Notes under the pieces: model-generated
Told to the model about the DNA's origin: nothing
Seen by the model: the letters and a program-made list of their open reading frames with translations, nothing else
Databases searched by the model: none
Part shown: positions 47,389-57,444 of the stretch, in pieces
Layout: every line of letters starts with the position of its first letter
How positions within the stretch are numbered: the first letter of the stretch is position 1
DNA from: an uncultured Clostridium sp.
GTDB taxonomy: Bacteria > Bacillota_I > Bacilli_A > RF39 > UBA660
Direction: 5' to 3'
Length of the DNA stretch: 64,000 nucleotides
NCBI GenBank assembly: GCA_905193755.1
Contig: CAJJPX010000003.1
Coordinates: 14,925 to 78,924, forward strand
Position numbers and translations under genes: made by a program

Positions 47389-48291
47389 TTAAGATTGTGC
47401 TTTTAAACGATATAAGTTGAATGATGGTTTATTAAATATTCTATATGGATACTTATTAGTGCCTATTCCACTTGATATATATATTTCAGTAATACCTTTT
47501 GAATAATGTTCTTGATAGTATTTATCTCCCAAATCATCTAAGAAAACCCCACCATAATATGGAACTACTACACTACCATTTAATGAGTGTCCACCTAATA
47601 CTAAATCTACTTCGTATATAGTATCATCTAATAATTTTATAGTTTTACCATCATGAGCTAAAACTATTATATATTTTCTTTTTTCATCTTCTTTATAAAA
47701 ATTAAATGCTTCTTCAAATTTAACTTCTTCTTTTGAGGAACTAGGAAGTCCGACTATGAATAGAGAATCATTGTTCTTATAAAATACTTCATCATAACTA
47801 TTATTTAGTATATTAAATTTACTTTTTTCTATTATAGTTTTATAGTCTTCAAAGTTATAATCTGCATCTCCGTATATTGCGTATTTACCAATATTTGCAT
47901 TTATGTTTGTTAATTGTTCTTCTAAAAACTCTATATCATCATTACTATATTTTTTATTTTTATTTACTAAATCACCTGTGAATACTACTATATCTGGTTT
48001 TAATTCATTTATTCTTGAGACTAGATTTTTAATATCTTCTTTGTTTGTTGTTGATTTATAAAGCAAATCACTAAAGTGTACTATCTTTATACCACTAAAG
48101 TTGCTAGTTAATATATTGCTTTCTATTTTATATTCTTTTACTATTAAGCCTTTTATTCCCACATATTTAGCGTATATAAATAATAGTGCTATTAGTAAAA
48201 TTATAAAGAATATTATACTTATTAGTTTTCCTTTATGTGACTTTTTTACTTCTTCTTGTGCCATTTTAAATAGCTCCCATATTGTATACAA
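47389..48291 (-). CDS. Membrane-anchored metallophosphoesterase (YkuE-like)
   Basis: VHFSDL, FTGDL, GDADY, LAHDG and GGHSLNG motifs. Confidence 0.8.
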   Translation of the reverse strand: MYTIWELFKMAQEEVKKSHKGKLISIIFFIILLIALLFIYAKYVGIKGLIVKEYKIESNILTSNFSGIKIVHFSDLLYKSTTNKEDIKNLVSRINELKPDIVVFTGDLVNKNKKYSNDDIEFLEEQLTNINANIGKYAIYGDADYNFEDYKTIIEKSKFNILNNSYDEVFYKNNDSLFIVGLPSSSKEEVKFEEAFNFYKEDEKRKYIIVLAHDGKTIKLLDDTIYEVDLVLGGHSLNGSVVVPYYGGVFLDDLGDKYYQEHYSKGITEIYISSGIGTNKYPYRIFNKPSFNLYRLKAQS

Positions 48292-48958
48292 GAAGTAATA
48301 AAACTCCGGTCATTGTGTTATGGAACATATGCATCATTACACTTGTGAATGTTGTTTTTGTTTCTCTATCCATTAATGCAAAAACAAATCCTAGTGAACC
48401 ATATGGAAGTAAATAAAGTAAATTAATAAGCTTAAACTCTCCAGCTACTAAGTGACATACAGCGAATATTAAACCACATGATAATGCATAAATCCATTTG
48501 TTTTTGATTAATGGGTCAATACTTTTTCTAAATGTAAATTCTTCGCTAAGTGGTGCTATTATAGATATGTTTATCATAGTAAAAACTGGCATTTTAAATA
48601 ACATATCTCTTACTAAGCTTTCATTAGTAGAAACATCTTTTATTATGATTGATATAAATAAATTAAATACAACCATAGCAATTAACCCAGCTATATAATA
48701 TTTAAAACCTATTTTAAAATTATTCTTAAATCCTTTTGTAAACGTTTTAAATTCTTTATCTAAGTCTTTTTTATACATTAAATATAATAATAATATAAAA
48801 GTAAAATTTCCTAGTAGTGTAGCTATTTGTGTATTTTTAACAAGCCCTAGAAAGATCTCACTAAATAAAGATGGAAGTACAAATGTTCCAATAAATGCAA
48901 CTAAAAAGAATAATATATTTATATAAAATGGTCTTTCTTTAGAATATTTAAATTTCAT
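48266..48958 (-). CDS. CPBP-family intramembrane glutamic endopeptidase (CAAX/Abi)
   Basis: PLSEEFTFRKS (EExxxR) and MHMFHN motifs. Confidence 0.8.
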   Translation of the reverse strand: MKFKYSKERPFYINILFFLVAFIGTFVLPSLFSEIFLGLVKNTQIATLLGNFTFILLLYLMYKKDLDKEFKTFTKGFKNNFKIGFKYYIAGLIAMVVFNLFISIIIKDVSTNESLVRDMLFKMPVFTMINISIIAPLSEEFTFRKSIDPLIKNKWIYALSCGLIFAVCHLVAGEFKLINLLYLLPYGSLGFVFALMDRETKTTFTSVMMHMFHNTMTGVLLLLVYNMGAI

Positions 48959-49001
48959 TTTATCACTTACCTTCTATTTAATAGTATACCATAAATGATA
49001 A

Positions 49002-49571
49002 TTATTTACTATTACTATTATATTTTCTTAATATTAATTCACTAGCTTTTTCTTGATTGCTTTTTACTGAAACTGTAAAAAACTCTTTTTGAATATTATA
49101 GTATTTTCCCCATAATCTATATCCTTTTAGATATATAATCTTATGTGTTGATTCAAATTCTATGCATTTACTTATTGGTATAGTTATTTGAGTATCTTGT
49201 TCTAAATCTTGAAATATCCTGTATTCTGCTTTTGGATCTAAATAATCAACTCTTATATCACTGCTTCCGTGTTCAATATCAGTTTCATATGAACTTTTAT
49301 ATGTACCTAAGTATGCATATATTTTGTTAGTATCATTTTCATTTATATTACGTAAGTGTTTATAATATACTTTTGTCACTAAAGTATCTTCATCAGTTTC
49401 AAGATGTTCTTTTATTCTTATTTCTTTCACTCCTCTTAGTCTTAAATATTCTCTTACTTTGATATCTTGTTCTAATTCTTGTATTCTTCTACTTTTTCTA
49501 TTAATTTCTTCGTTTTTTCTTTTTAATTCTTTTACTTCTCTTCTTATTTCATTTAAAGTTTCTTCTTTCAT
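49002..49571 (-). CDS. Hypothetical protein with N-terminal coiled coil
   Basis: ORF only. ATG 49571 (MKEETL) is preferred over the GTG at 49577. Confidence 0.5.
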   Translation of the reverse strand: MKEETLNEIRREVKELKRKNEEINRKSRRIQELEQDIKVREYLRLRGVKEIRIKEHLETDEDTLVTKVYYKHLRNINENDTNKIYAYLGTYKSSYETDIEHGSSDIRVDYLDPKAEYRIFQDLEQDTQITIPISKCIEFESTHKIIYLKGYRLWGKYYNIQKEFFTVSVKSNQEKASELILRKYNSNSK

Positions 49572-49613
49572 ATACACCTCTATTTAATATTTTTTGATAA
49601 AGAAAAAGCTAAC

Positions 49614-50816
49614 TTAAGCATTTAAGTTAACTTTTATATGCGTTTTTTTACCTTTTCCGATCACTAGATCTTTGATTTCTTCTTTCTTAAACATTCTTGT
49701 TTCATCAGTTTCTTTTGCAGAATTAAAACTAATACCGTTTCCTTGTACTAGTCTTCTTGCTTCACTTTTTGATGGAGCAATTCCTGATTTAACCAATAAA
49801 TCTAAAATATTTATTTCATCTTCTACATCGATTAGTACTTCTTCCATACCTTCTTCAGAATATCCTTTAGTAAATAATTCTTCACTTGTATTTCTTGCTT
49901 TAATAGCTTCTTCTTCTCCATGTAAATCTTTTACTACTTCGAATGCTAAAGTTTTTTGAGCAAGTCTCTTTTCAGGTTCATTTTTAACACTTTCTTCAAG
50001 TTTATCTATTTCTTCTTTACTTAGGAATGTAAATACTTTTAAGTATTCTACTACTTTAGAATCTTCTGAATTAATTAAGTATTGATAAATTTTATATGGA
50101 CTTGTTTTTTCTTTATCTAGCCATAAAGCATTTCCTTCACTTTTACCAAATTTTTTACCTGTACTATCAAGTATTAATGGCATAGTGAATCCGTATGCTT
50201 CTTTTCCTTCTATTTTACGAATTAATTCTATACCTGTTGTGATATTACCCCATTGATCAGAACCTGCTGCTTGAAGAACACAATTTTTTTCATTAAATAA
50301 ATGTAGAAAATCAAATCCTTGAAGTAATGTATATGAGAATTCAGCATATGTAATACCAGTATCAAGTCTTCTTGCAATAATATCTTTATTAAGCATGTAA
50401 TTAACATTAATATATTTACCGATATCTCTTAGGAAATCTAAGAATGTTACATCTTTAGTCCAGTCATAGTTATTTACTACTTCTGCTTTTCCATCTAATA
50501 ATTTAATTACTTGACGTTTTATGCCTTCTAAGTTCTTTTCAACTGTTTCTTTTGAAATCATTTGTCTTTCAGTAGTAGGTCTTGGATCTCCAATAAGTCC
50601 TGTTGCTCCACCTACTAATATAATTGGGTGATGTCCATGTAGTGCTAAACGTTTAGCTGTTACAAATGATGCATAGTGACCAATATGTAGTGAGTCTGCT
50701 GATGGATCCGTTCCTAAATAGAATGTTAATTTTTCATTATTTAGTTTATCCTTTAAATCAGGACTGCTTATATCTTTTACTACGCCTCTCCATTCTAATT
50801 CTTCAAAAAATGTCAT
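49614..50816 (-). CDS. tyrS: Tyrosine--tRNA ligase
   Basis: HIGHY and KFGKSEG class I motifs. S4-like C-terminus. True start is ATG 50816 (MTFFEELEWRGV), preceded by AAGGAGGG. The longer track ORF reads into dut. Confidence 0.93.
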   Translation of the reverse strand: MTFFEELEWRGVVKDISSPDLKDKLNNEKLTFYLGTDPSADSLHIGHYASFVTAKRLALHGHHPIILVGGATGLIGDPRPTTERQMISKETVEKNLEGIKRQVIKLLDGKAEVVNNYDWTKDVTFLDFLRDIGKYINVNYMLNKDIIARRLDTGITYAEFSYTLLQGFDFLHLFNEKNCVLQAAGSDQWGNITTGIELIRKIEGKEAYGFTMPLILDSTGKKFGKSEGNALWLDKEKTSPYKIYQYLINSEDSKVVEYLKVFTFLSKEEIDKLEESVKNEPEKRLAQKTLAFEVVKDLHGEEEAIKARNTSEELFTKGYSEEGMEEVLIDVEDEINILDLLVKSGIAPSKSEARRLVQGNGISFNSAKETDETRMFKKEEIKDLVIGKGKKTHIKVNLNA

Positions 50817-50817
50817 A

Positions 50818-51303
50818 TTATTTTCCCTCCTTATTAGTGGAACCAATTCCACCTTTTCTCTCATTTTTTATTTCTTCTTCGTCATCTACTGTTAAATATT
50901 TCATGAATACACCTTGAGCTATTCTATCTCCTATTTTAACTTCGAAATCCTTATTTCCATGATTAATTAGTTTTACTTTAAAGTGACCTTCATTATCTTC
51001 ATTATTATAGAAATCACTATCTATTACTCCTACACTATTTGAAAGTGATACATCGTATTTATATCCCATACTACTTCTACTATAAAGATATAACACTTCA
51101 TCATCATTCATTGATACCTTAAGTCCAGTTGTAAAAGCTTTAGATTCACCAGGTTTTAAAGTATATTCTTCTAAACTTCTAATATCATATCCAGCACTTT
51201 TCTTAGTACTTCTTGTAGGCAATAAATAGCTTTCATATAGTTCTTTATCATCTTTAATATCTTTTTTAAATTGTTCAAAACTTATTTTCTCAAACTTTCT
51301 CAT
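50818..51303 (-). CDS. dut: dUTP diphosphatase (trimeric dUTPase, YncF-like)
   Basis: The five dUTPase motifs: SAGYD, SRSS, GVIDSDFY, GDRIAQ and RKGGIGSTN. Start is ATG 51303 (MRKFEK) after GGAGGA. The upstream 18 codons of the track ORF overlie the T-box terminator. Confidence 0.85.
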   Translation of the reverse strand: MRKFEKISFEQFKKDIKDDKELYESYLLPTRSTKKSAGYDIRSLEEYTLKPGESKAFTTGLKVSMNDDEVLYLYSRSSMGYKYDVSLSNSVGVIDSDFYNNEDNEGHFKVKLINHGNKDFEVKIGDRIAQGVFMKYLTVDDEEEIKNERKGGIGSTNKEGK

Positions 51304-51549
51304 AACTTTCCTCCAATAAAAAAGGCACCAATTAAAGGACGAATTTCTCCGTGGTACCACCTTATTTCATAGTTAAACTATCTTAAAGATTATAAAGCAT
51401 CACCTTTAAACTCAAAAATATGTAACTTCTTTATTAAAGATATGTTAGTTTCCATCAACCACTAACTCTCTATAAATAATCTTTATAAATACTATTATTT
51501 CGTCTTCGCTTAATGAGTAAAGTATATATTATTTTTTTAGGTTTGTCAA
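51304..51549 (-). promoter_or_regulatory. T-box leader (specifier UAC, Tyr) with promoter TTGACA-17-TATACT
   Basis: Stem I has AGAGAG and GGTTGATGGAAA. Specifier UAC plus A lies directly before the lower-stem strand TATTTT (UAC at 51422-51424). T-box AAGGTGGTACCACGG is at 51349-51366. A hairpin plus T6 precedes the RBS. The -10 is at 51521-51526 and the -35 at 51544-51549. Confidence 0.85.
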
Positions 51550-51730
51550 TATAAAAACTCCACCAAATGATAGAGTTAAACATATTCAACTGGGATTATT
51601 TATACTTCGCACCATCCGGGAGTGAGAACATTTTCAAATGCACCTATAATATATCACATTAACCCATTTTAGTTAACTGATATCTATTAATAGTATATTC
51701 TTTCTTTTATAAAACTATACTTTTTCAAAA

Positions 51731-51755
51731 GAAAAAACTAAATTTCTTTAGTTTT
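51731..51755 (-). terminator. efp terminator
   Basis: aaaactaaa-tttc-tttagtttt. On the minus strand it is followed by TTCTTTT. Confidence 0.7.
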
Positions 51756-52312
51756 TATCCTCTACTAAAATATTTACCATCACGAGTAGTTATAATTATT
51801 TCTTCTCCTTCTGAAATAAATAATGGAGCTTTTAAAGTATAACCAGTTTCGATAGTAACGTCTTTTTGTGCTGTGCTTGTTGTATTACCTTTAACAGCAT
51901 CTGGAGCACTGATAACTTTGTATGATACTTTTTCAGGAAGTGTAATACCTACTACTTCTCCTTCAATTACCATAGATTCAACATTCATTCCTTCTTTTAA
52001 GAATTTAGCTTCATTTTCTACTAAACTTGCTGGTATTTCAATTTGATCATAAGTATTATTATCCATAAATACATAAGCATCTCCAGTAGAATATAAATAT
52101 GAAAGTTGATTCTTTCTTACATCAGCTTTTTCCATTTTAATTCCAGCATTGAATGTAATTTCTTGAGTAGTACCTGCTCTTAAATTTTTAAGTTTTGTTT
52201 TAACAAAAGCACTACCTTTACCAGGTTTTACATGTTGAAATTCAACAACTTGATAGATATTACCTTCATACTTGATAGTCATTCCGTTTTTAATATCATT
52301 AACATTGAACAT
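51755..52312 (-). CDS. efp: Elongation factor P
   Basis: MFNVNDIKNGMTIKYEGNIYQVVEFQHVKPGKGSAFVKTKLKNL is a canonical EF-P N-terminus, including the KPGKG loop. Confidence 0.95.
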   Translation of the reverse strand: MFNVNDIKNGMTIKYEGNIYQVVEFQHVKPGKGSAFVKTKLKNLRAGTTQEITFNAGIKMEKADVRKNQLSYLYSTGDAYVFMDNNTYDQIEIPASLVENEAKFLKEGMNVESMVIEGEVVGITLPEKVSYKVISAPDAVKGNTTSTAQKDVTIETGYTLKAPLFISEGEEIIITTRDGKYFSRG

Positions 52313-52318
52313 AATCTA

Positions 52319-52486
52319 CTACGCCTTCTTTTCTTTATGAGCAGTAGTCTTATTACATCTTGAACAGAATTTCTTAATTTCTAATTTACCATCAGTATTC
52401 TTTTTATTTTTACTAGTTAAATAGTTGATTTCTTTACAAACAGTACATTGTAGTGCGATACCTTCTCTATTTTCTTTCTTTGCCAT
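52319..52486 (-). CDS. rpmG: 50S ribosomal protein L33
   Basis: Below ORF-track size. Manual translation is [55 protein letters not shown]. CxxC...CxxC zinc ribbon. RBS GGAGGAG. Promoter TTGTCA-17-TATAAT upstream. Confidence 0.88.
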   Translation of the reverse strand: MAKKENREGIALQCTVCKEINYLTSKNKKNTDGKLEIKKFCSRCNKTTAHKEKKA

Positions 52487-52629
52487 TTGGACTTCTCCTC
52501 CTTTTTTTATACACTCAAGATTATAACAAATAAAAATGAAGTTGACAAGAGAAACTTATTAAATATTAAGCTAAGACTTCAAAAAAGTGTTTTTTTGTGC
52601 TAAAATATGCTCATTAAGCGAGGTAAATT

Positions 52630-53370
52630 ATGAATAGAAAGAGTGTTTTAGTGACAGGTTCAAGTATTGGACTTGGTGCGTCAATTATAAGAAAATATGC
52701 AAGTAATAATTATGATGTTGTTATTACATATTTGAGTCATAAGGAAGAAGCAGAAAAATTAAAGAACGAAGTTACTTCTAAATATGGAGTGAATGCTTTA
52801 ATAGTTAGATGTGATATTAGTAATGAAAAAGATATAGAAAATTTAAAAAACGAAATATTAAATAATTATAGTAAATTAGATGTACTTGTAAATAATGCAG
52901 GTATAGCAATAGATACTACATTTGAAGATAAAACTAAAGATAATTTTATGAGAACTTTAGAAATTAATTTAGTTGGTACTTTCTTAATGTCTAAATCTTT
53001 CGGTGATATTATGGAAAAAGAAGGACATGGAAATATCATTAATATAAGTAGTACTAATGGAATAGATACATATTATGAATATAGTATAGATTATGATGCA
53101 TCTAAGGCTGGTGTAATTAATTTAAGTCATAACTTAGCAAATCACTATAATGGTAAAGTTAGAGTTAATACTGTATGTCCTGGATGGGTAGATACACCTA
53201 TGAATAAAGAATTAGATAGTGAATATAAAAAAGATGAAGAAAAAAAGATAATACTTGGTAGATTTGCTCACCCTGATGAGATTGCTAATGTTGTATATTT
53301 CTTATCAAGTGAAGATGCAAGTTATATGAATGACTCAGTAATAAGAATAGATGGTGGTAAAAGATGTTAA
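52630..53370 (+). CDS. SDR-family oxidoreductase (FabG-like)
   Basis: TGSSIGLG, NNAG and YDASK motifs. Confidence 0.85.
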   Translation: MNRKSVLVTGSSIGLGASIIRKYASNNYDVVITYLSHKEEAEKLKNEVTSKYGVNALIVRCDISNEKDIENLKNEILNNYSKLDVLVNNAGIAIDTTFEDKTKDNFMRTLEINLVGTFLMSKSFGDIMEKEGHGNIINISSTNGIDTYYEYSIDYDASKAGVINLSHNLANHYNGKVRVNTVCPGWVDTPMNKELDSEYKKDEEKKIILGRFAHPDEIANVVYFLSSEDASYMNDSVIRIDGGKRC

Positions 53371-54599
53371 AGTTAAATGATAAATATATAAAGTTAGTAA
53401 ATGATAGCGAGATGGAATTAAGTGATATATTTAGTTCTATAGATAAGAATACTTTTATTAATAGTAAGAAAGTACTTGATGCTTTTCATAGAGAGAATAT
53501 TAGTGAAAGTGATTTAAATGGTACTAGTGGGTATGGATATAATGATACAGGAAGAGATAAAATAGAAAGAATATTTTCTTATGTACTTGATAGTGATGAC
53601 GCGTTAGTTAGAACTCAAATTATATCTGGGACTCATGCTATAAGTACAGCATTATTTGCTATTTTAAGGCCAGGTGACACTCTTTTAGCTATTAGTGGTA
53701 CTCCTTATGATACATTACATGAAGTTATTGGAATTAAGCCTAATAATAGTTCTCTTATTAGTTATGGAATTAAATATAAAGAAATAGATTTAATAGATAA
53801 TGATTTTGATTATGAAAAGATTCAAGAAGAACTTAAAAATAACATAAAAGCTATACACATTCAAAGATCTAGAGGTTACTCTTTAAGAGAATCACTTACT
53901 ATTGAAAAGTTAGAGAAAGTTATTAAATTCATTAAAGGAATTAATAAGGATGTAATCGTTTTCGTAGATAATTGTTACTGTGAATTTGTAGAGATTACTA
54001 CCCCCACCTCAGTTGGTGCTGACTTAATGGCTGGAAGTTTAATTAAGAATTTAGGTGGAGGTATTGCTCGTAATGGTGGTTATATTGCTGGACGTCATTA
54101 CTTAATAGAATTATGTGCTGAAAGACTTAATGTTCCTGGTGAAGGACGTGAAGTTGGGCCTAGTCTAAATGCTAATCGTGAGTTCTTACAAGGTATATAT
54201 TTTGCTCCTAGTGTTATATCTTCTGCTTTAAAAACTTCTATTCTTACAAGCAAGATACTTGATAAATTAGGATATGAAGTACACCCTAAATATAATGATA
54301 AACGTGCTGATATAGTACAACTAATATACTTTAAAAATGAAAAGAATATTATTAAGTATGCTGAAGGTATACAAGCATCTGGAGCAATAGATGCTAATGT
54401 TTCACCTATTCCATCTGATATGCCTGGATATGATGATAAAATAATAATGGCTAGTGCTTCTTTTGTTCAAGGAAGTTCTATAGAGATATCTTGTGATGGA
54501 CCACTTAAAGAACCATATGTTTTGTTCCAACAAGGGGCTCTTACTTATGACTATGGTAAGATAGCATTAATTAATGCAATATCTAAATTAAATGAATAA
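53364..54599 (+). CDS. YnbB-family PLP-dependent protein (methionine gamma-lyase / aluminium-resistance family)
   Basis: N-terminal ...VLDAFHRENISESDLNGTSGYGYNDTGRDKIERIF pattern typical of this family. 411 aa. Confidence 0.7.
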   Translation: MLKLNDKYIKLVNDSEMELSDIFSSIDKNTFINSKKVLDAFHRENISESDLNGTSGYGYNDTGRDKIERIFSYVLDSDDALVRTQIISGTHAISTALFAILRPGDTLLAISGTPYDTLHEVIGIKPNNSSLISYGIKYKEIDLIDNDFDYEKIQEELKNNIKAIHIQRSRGYSLRESLTIEKLEKVIKFIKGINKDVIVFVDNCYCEFVEITTPTSVGADLMAGSLIKNLGGGIARNGGYIAGRHYLIELCAERLNVPGEGREVGPSLNANREFLQGIYFAPSVISSALKTSILTSKILDKLGYEVHPKYNDKRADIVQLIYFKNEKNIIKYAEGIQASGAIDANVSPIPSDMPGYDDKIIMASASFVQGSSIEISCDGPLKEPYVLFQQGALTYDYGKIALINAISKLNE

Positions 54600-54642
54600 A
54601 AAATCCTCTTACTAATAAACTATATTAGTAGGAGGTTTTTAT

Positions 54643-54897
54643 TTGAAAAAAGAACTATTAAAGGGTTATATTAATAAATTAACTAAACAAGATATTATAA
54701 ATTATTTAAGCCATGAGTGTGTTACTGCATCAGATGAAGAAATTGATATGATTTATAATGCTGTTAAAAATGATTATGAAGAAATATTAAATACTAATTT
54801 TATGAGTTATATTTCTAATTATAAATTAAATTTTAACCCTGAACTTTATAAAAAAATAATTGAAAAATATAATGAATATAAAAAGTTTATTGAATAA
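54643..54897 (+). CDS. Small DUF2624-like protein (TTG start)
   Basis: AGGAGG lies 7 nt before the TTG. KLTKQDIINYLSHECVTASDEEIDMIYNAVKNDYEEIL. Confidence 0.5.
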   Translation: MKKELLKGYINKLTKQDIINYLSHECVTASDEEIDMIYNAVKNDYEEILNTNFMSYISNYKLNFNPELYKKIIEKYNEYKKFIE

Positions 54898-54918
54898 AAC
54901 CAATAAACTTTTATTTTG

Positions 54919-57408
54919 TTAACCTATTCTAAATGCTGGGCTATAACCTATATTATCTAATGTTGCTGTTCCACCAGAGTTTTTTCCTGCTGTATCAACT
55001 GCATAATATGAAGTAGTTAAAGTTCTAATTGGAGTTCTTAACCACCATACATTTTCAGTATCCCTTAATTTTTTTATTGCAGCAGATGAATTAGTTGTTG
55101 TAACTCCTCTATAGCTATAGTAATCTAATTGTCTAGTTACATTTTTTGCTGTATCAGAAGTAGTTGTTGCATCAGCATAAACCTCAGATAGTGATGGTAT
55201 ATAAATATAATCTGTTGATGTAAAATTACTTGACCCACTTTGTCCATAACCCGAAACTACTCTTGTTTGTATAATACCATTTTTTAATTCAGTTGGTATC
55301 ATACTATAAAATTCATTATTTAAGTAATAATGTAATTCAGTTGCCGGCCATCCATTTGCATTAGATGCTATATTATTTATTTTTTTTGCTAATATTACAT
55401 CTTCAAATTCAAGTACAAATCCACATGCTGTTTCGGAATAAGTACTAGAATCACATGAATTTGGTGTTGAAATGTTTGCTATTCTAAGTGTATATGTTCC
55501 TAAATTTCCTATTTGAACTTTTTTAGTATCGCCAACATTATATTTAGATGTTTTATTCTTTTTGACAGCAGCAATTATCGTATTCCATGAATCTGCACTA
55601 AACGAAATTGGTTCTAGATTTGTAAAGTATCCTGGTGTGGATGATGTATCTATTCTTGCATAATTATGTGTTACATTATTTACATCATATGTAGTTCCAT
55701 TTCCACCTACTAATTTTGTTGCGTCACTAAACATATATGTTCCATTTGTAACTTTTGTTGTAACAAATTTGCTACTCGCATAAATAGTTTTCAAATTAGA
55801 ACAATATCTAAACATGCTACCCATTATAGTTACTTTTGCTGTATCAAAACTACTGACATCTATTTCGGTTGCTTCTGCACTCATAAACATACTGTTTAGT
55901 TTAGTTACACTAGATGTATTAAAGTTTCCTAAATCAATTGTTGAGAGTTTACTACTTCTAAACATATATTCCATACTTGTTACTTTGCTTGTATTAAAAT
56001 TACTTAAGCCTATAATATTAGTTGCCTCAGCCTGAGAAAACATATTAGTCATATCAGTAACATTTGAAGTATTAAAACTACTTAAATTTATTGTCGCTGC
56101 TTTACTTGATTGAAACATATATGTCATATTTGTTACTTTTGATGTATTAAAATTTGTTAGATCTAGTGATGTTGCTTCGCTTCCATAAAACATATATGTC
56201 ATATTAGTAACATTGCTTGTATTAAGTTTACTTAAATTTAATGTTGTAGCCTTATTATTATAAAACATATACCTCATATCTGTTACTTTGCTCGTATCAA
56301 AAGCAGTTATATCTAGAGACGTTGCACTTGAACCATAAAACATAAAACTCATATTTGTTACATTTGATGTATCAAGATTGTTTAGGTTTAGTGCTGTAGC
56401 TTTGGATGCTCTAAACATTTGTGCCATGTTAGTTACATTACTTGTATTAATTTTATCAAGATCATTAATTGTTGTTGCACTTGAACCATAAAACATACCA
56501 TACATATTAATTACGTTGGATGTATCAATATTTCCTAGTGTTATTGTTGTTGCGGCACTATTTGAAAATAAATTAGCTAATGTTGTAACATTACTTGTAT
56601 TGAAATTTGATATATCTATTGATGATGCTTTACTTTTCTCAAATGTGTTAGATAAAACTTTTATTGGTTTATTATCTATATATGTACAAAGCTTTCCATT
56701 AAATGATTCAGTACTTGTTTTATCTGCTAATTGTACTCCCCAACTATCTATTGTTGCACTTGTTGCCCAAGATCCTGCTGTAGTAGTACTTGGAAGATAC
56801 TTATACTTGTATGCTAATTTATCTGCTGTATATTCAAGTCCATCTGTTAAAGCAGAAGATGTATGACAAAAGTATGTATTAGCATCTTGTGTGGCTAAAC
56901 CAATTTGATAATAACCAGATGGTACTACTACATCTGCAAGTGTATTTGTTGAGTATCCTCCGCTTACTTTAAATGTTACTGTTCTACTATCAGCAGAAGC
57001 ATTATTAATTTTTAGTTTTAAAGTCTTACTTCCTTTAATAGTAAGTGAACTTCCAGGTAAATCATATGTTGTTAAGTTACCACTGGTATCTTGAACTTTA
57101 TCAAAATATTTAACCGTTACTGCATTATTACTAGACGTGTATAAGAGTTTATAATAAGTATCTATATTATTTAGTCCAGTTAGTGTTAGATCGACTATTG
57201 TTTCACCACTTGGTACAGTTAATATATTAGTATCACTTCCATCTATTGAAATTGAATATTGAAGTTCTCCAACATACATTTCTGCTGCTCTATGATTATC
57301 ACTATTAGTCATAAAATATGACAAACTATATGTAAGGAGCATGCAAACTGCTAAAACTATTGATATTAGTCCAATATATTGTTTTACATAATCTATTACT
57401 TTTTGCAT
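54919..57408 (-). CDS. BspA/DUF285-type leucine-rich-repeat surface protein with N-terminal anchor/signal and a C-terminal domain of uncertain family
   Basis: About 11 tandem ~26-aa units of the form FNTSNVTNMTYMFYGSEATSLDLT. N-terminal TM followed by YFMTNSDNHRAAEMYVGEL (SipW-type signal-like). The C-terminus (...WWLRTP...GYSPAFRIG) may correspond to a DUF6273-type domain, but this family assignment is a low-confidence recollection. Confidence 0.8.
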   Translation of the reverse strand: MQKVIDYVKQYIGLISIVLAVCMLLTYSLSYFMTNSDNHRAAEMYVGELQYSISIDGSDTNILTVPSGETIVDLTLTGLNNIDTYYKLLYTSSNNAVTVKYFDKVQDTSGNLTTYDLPGSSLTIKGSKTLKLKINNASADSRTVTFKVSGGYSTNTLADVVVPSGYYQIGLATQDANTYFCHTSSALTDGLEYTADKLAYKYKYLPSTTTAGSWATSATIDSWGVQLADKTSTESFNGKLCTYIDNKPIKVLSNTFEKSKASSIDISNFNTSNVTTLANLFSNSAATTITLGNIDTSNVINMYGMFYGSSATTINDLDKINTSNVTNMAQMFRASKATALNLNNLDTSNVTNMSFMFYGSSATSLDITAFDTSKVTDMRYMFYNNKATTLNLSKLNTSNVTNMTYMFYGSEATSLDLTNFNTSKVTNMTYMFQSSKAATINLSSFNTSNVTDMTNMFSQAEATNIIGLSNFNTSKVTSMEYMFRSSKLSTIDLGNFNTSSVTKLNSMFMSAEATEIDVSSFDTAKVTIMGSMFRYCSNLKTIYASSKFVTTKVTNGTYMFSDATKLVGGNGTTYDVNNVTHNYARIDTSSTPGYFTNLEPISFSADSWNTIIAAVKKNKTSKYNVGDTKKVQIGNLGTYTLRIANISTPNSCDSSTYSETACGFVLEFEDVILAKKINNIASNANGWPATELHYYLNNEFYSMIPTELKNGIIQTRVVSGYGQSGSSNFTSTDYIYIPSLSEVYADATTTSDTAKNVTRQLDYYSYRGVTTTNSSAAIKKLRDTENVWWLRTPIRTLTTSYYAVDTAGKNSGGTATLDNIGYSPAFRIG
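55773..56658. repeat. Coding tandem repeats (~78 bp) of the DUF285 LRR units
   Basis: Repeated aca/gta...catata...gttac patterns in the nucleotide sequence and the periodic protein sequence. Boundaries are approximate. Confidence 0.7.
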
Positions 57409-57444
57409 TTAATCACCCGCGCTTATTCTTATTTATTATGCCCT

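Noticed and set aside
50818-51360. The 180-aa version of the dut ORF, and the 416-aa version of tyrS (49614-50864).
   Set aside because: The extra N-terminal codons run through the T-box terminator (dut) or through the 3' end of dut (tyrS). RBS-supported internal ATGs at 51303 and 50816 give canonical N-termini.
51606-51625. CCGGATGGTGCG patch as a guanidine-III (ykkC-III)-like riboswitch.
   Set aside because: It only loosely resembles CCGGACG..GGTGCG. The complementary CCGG partner and the pseudoknot are absent, and the downstream context (a T-box promoter) is wrong.
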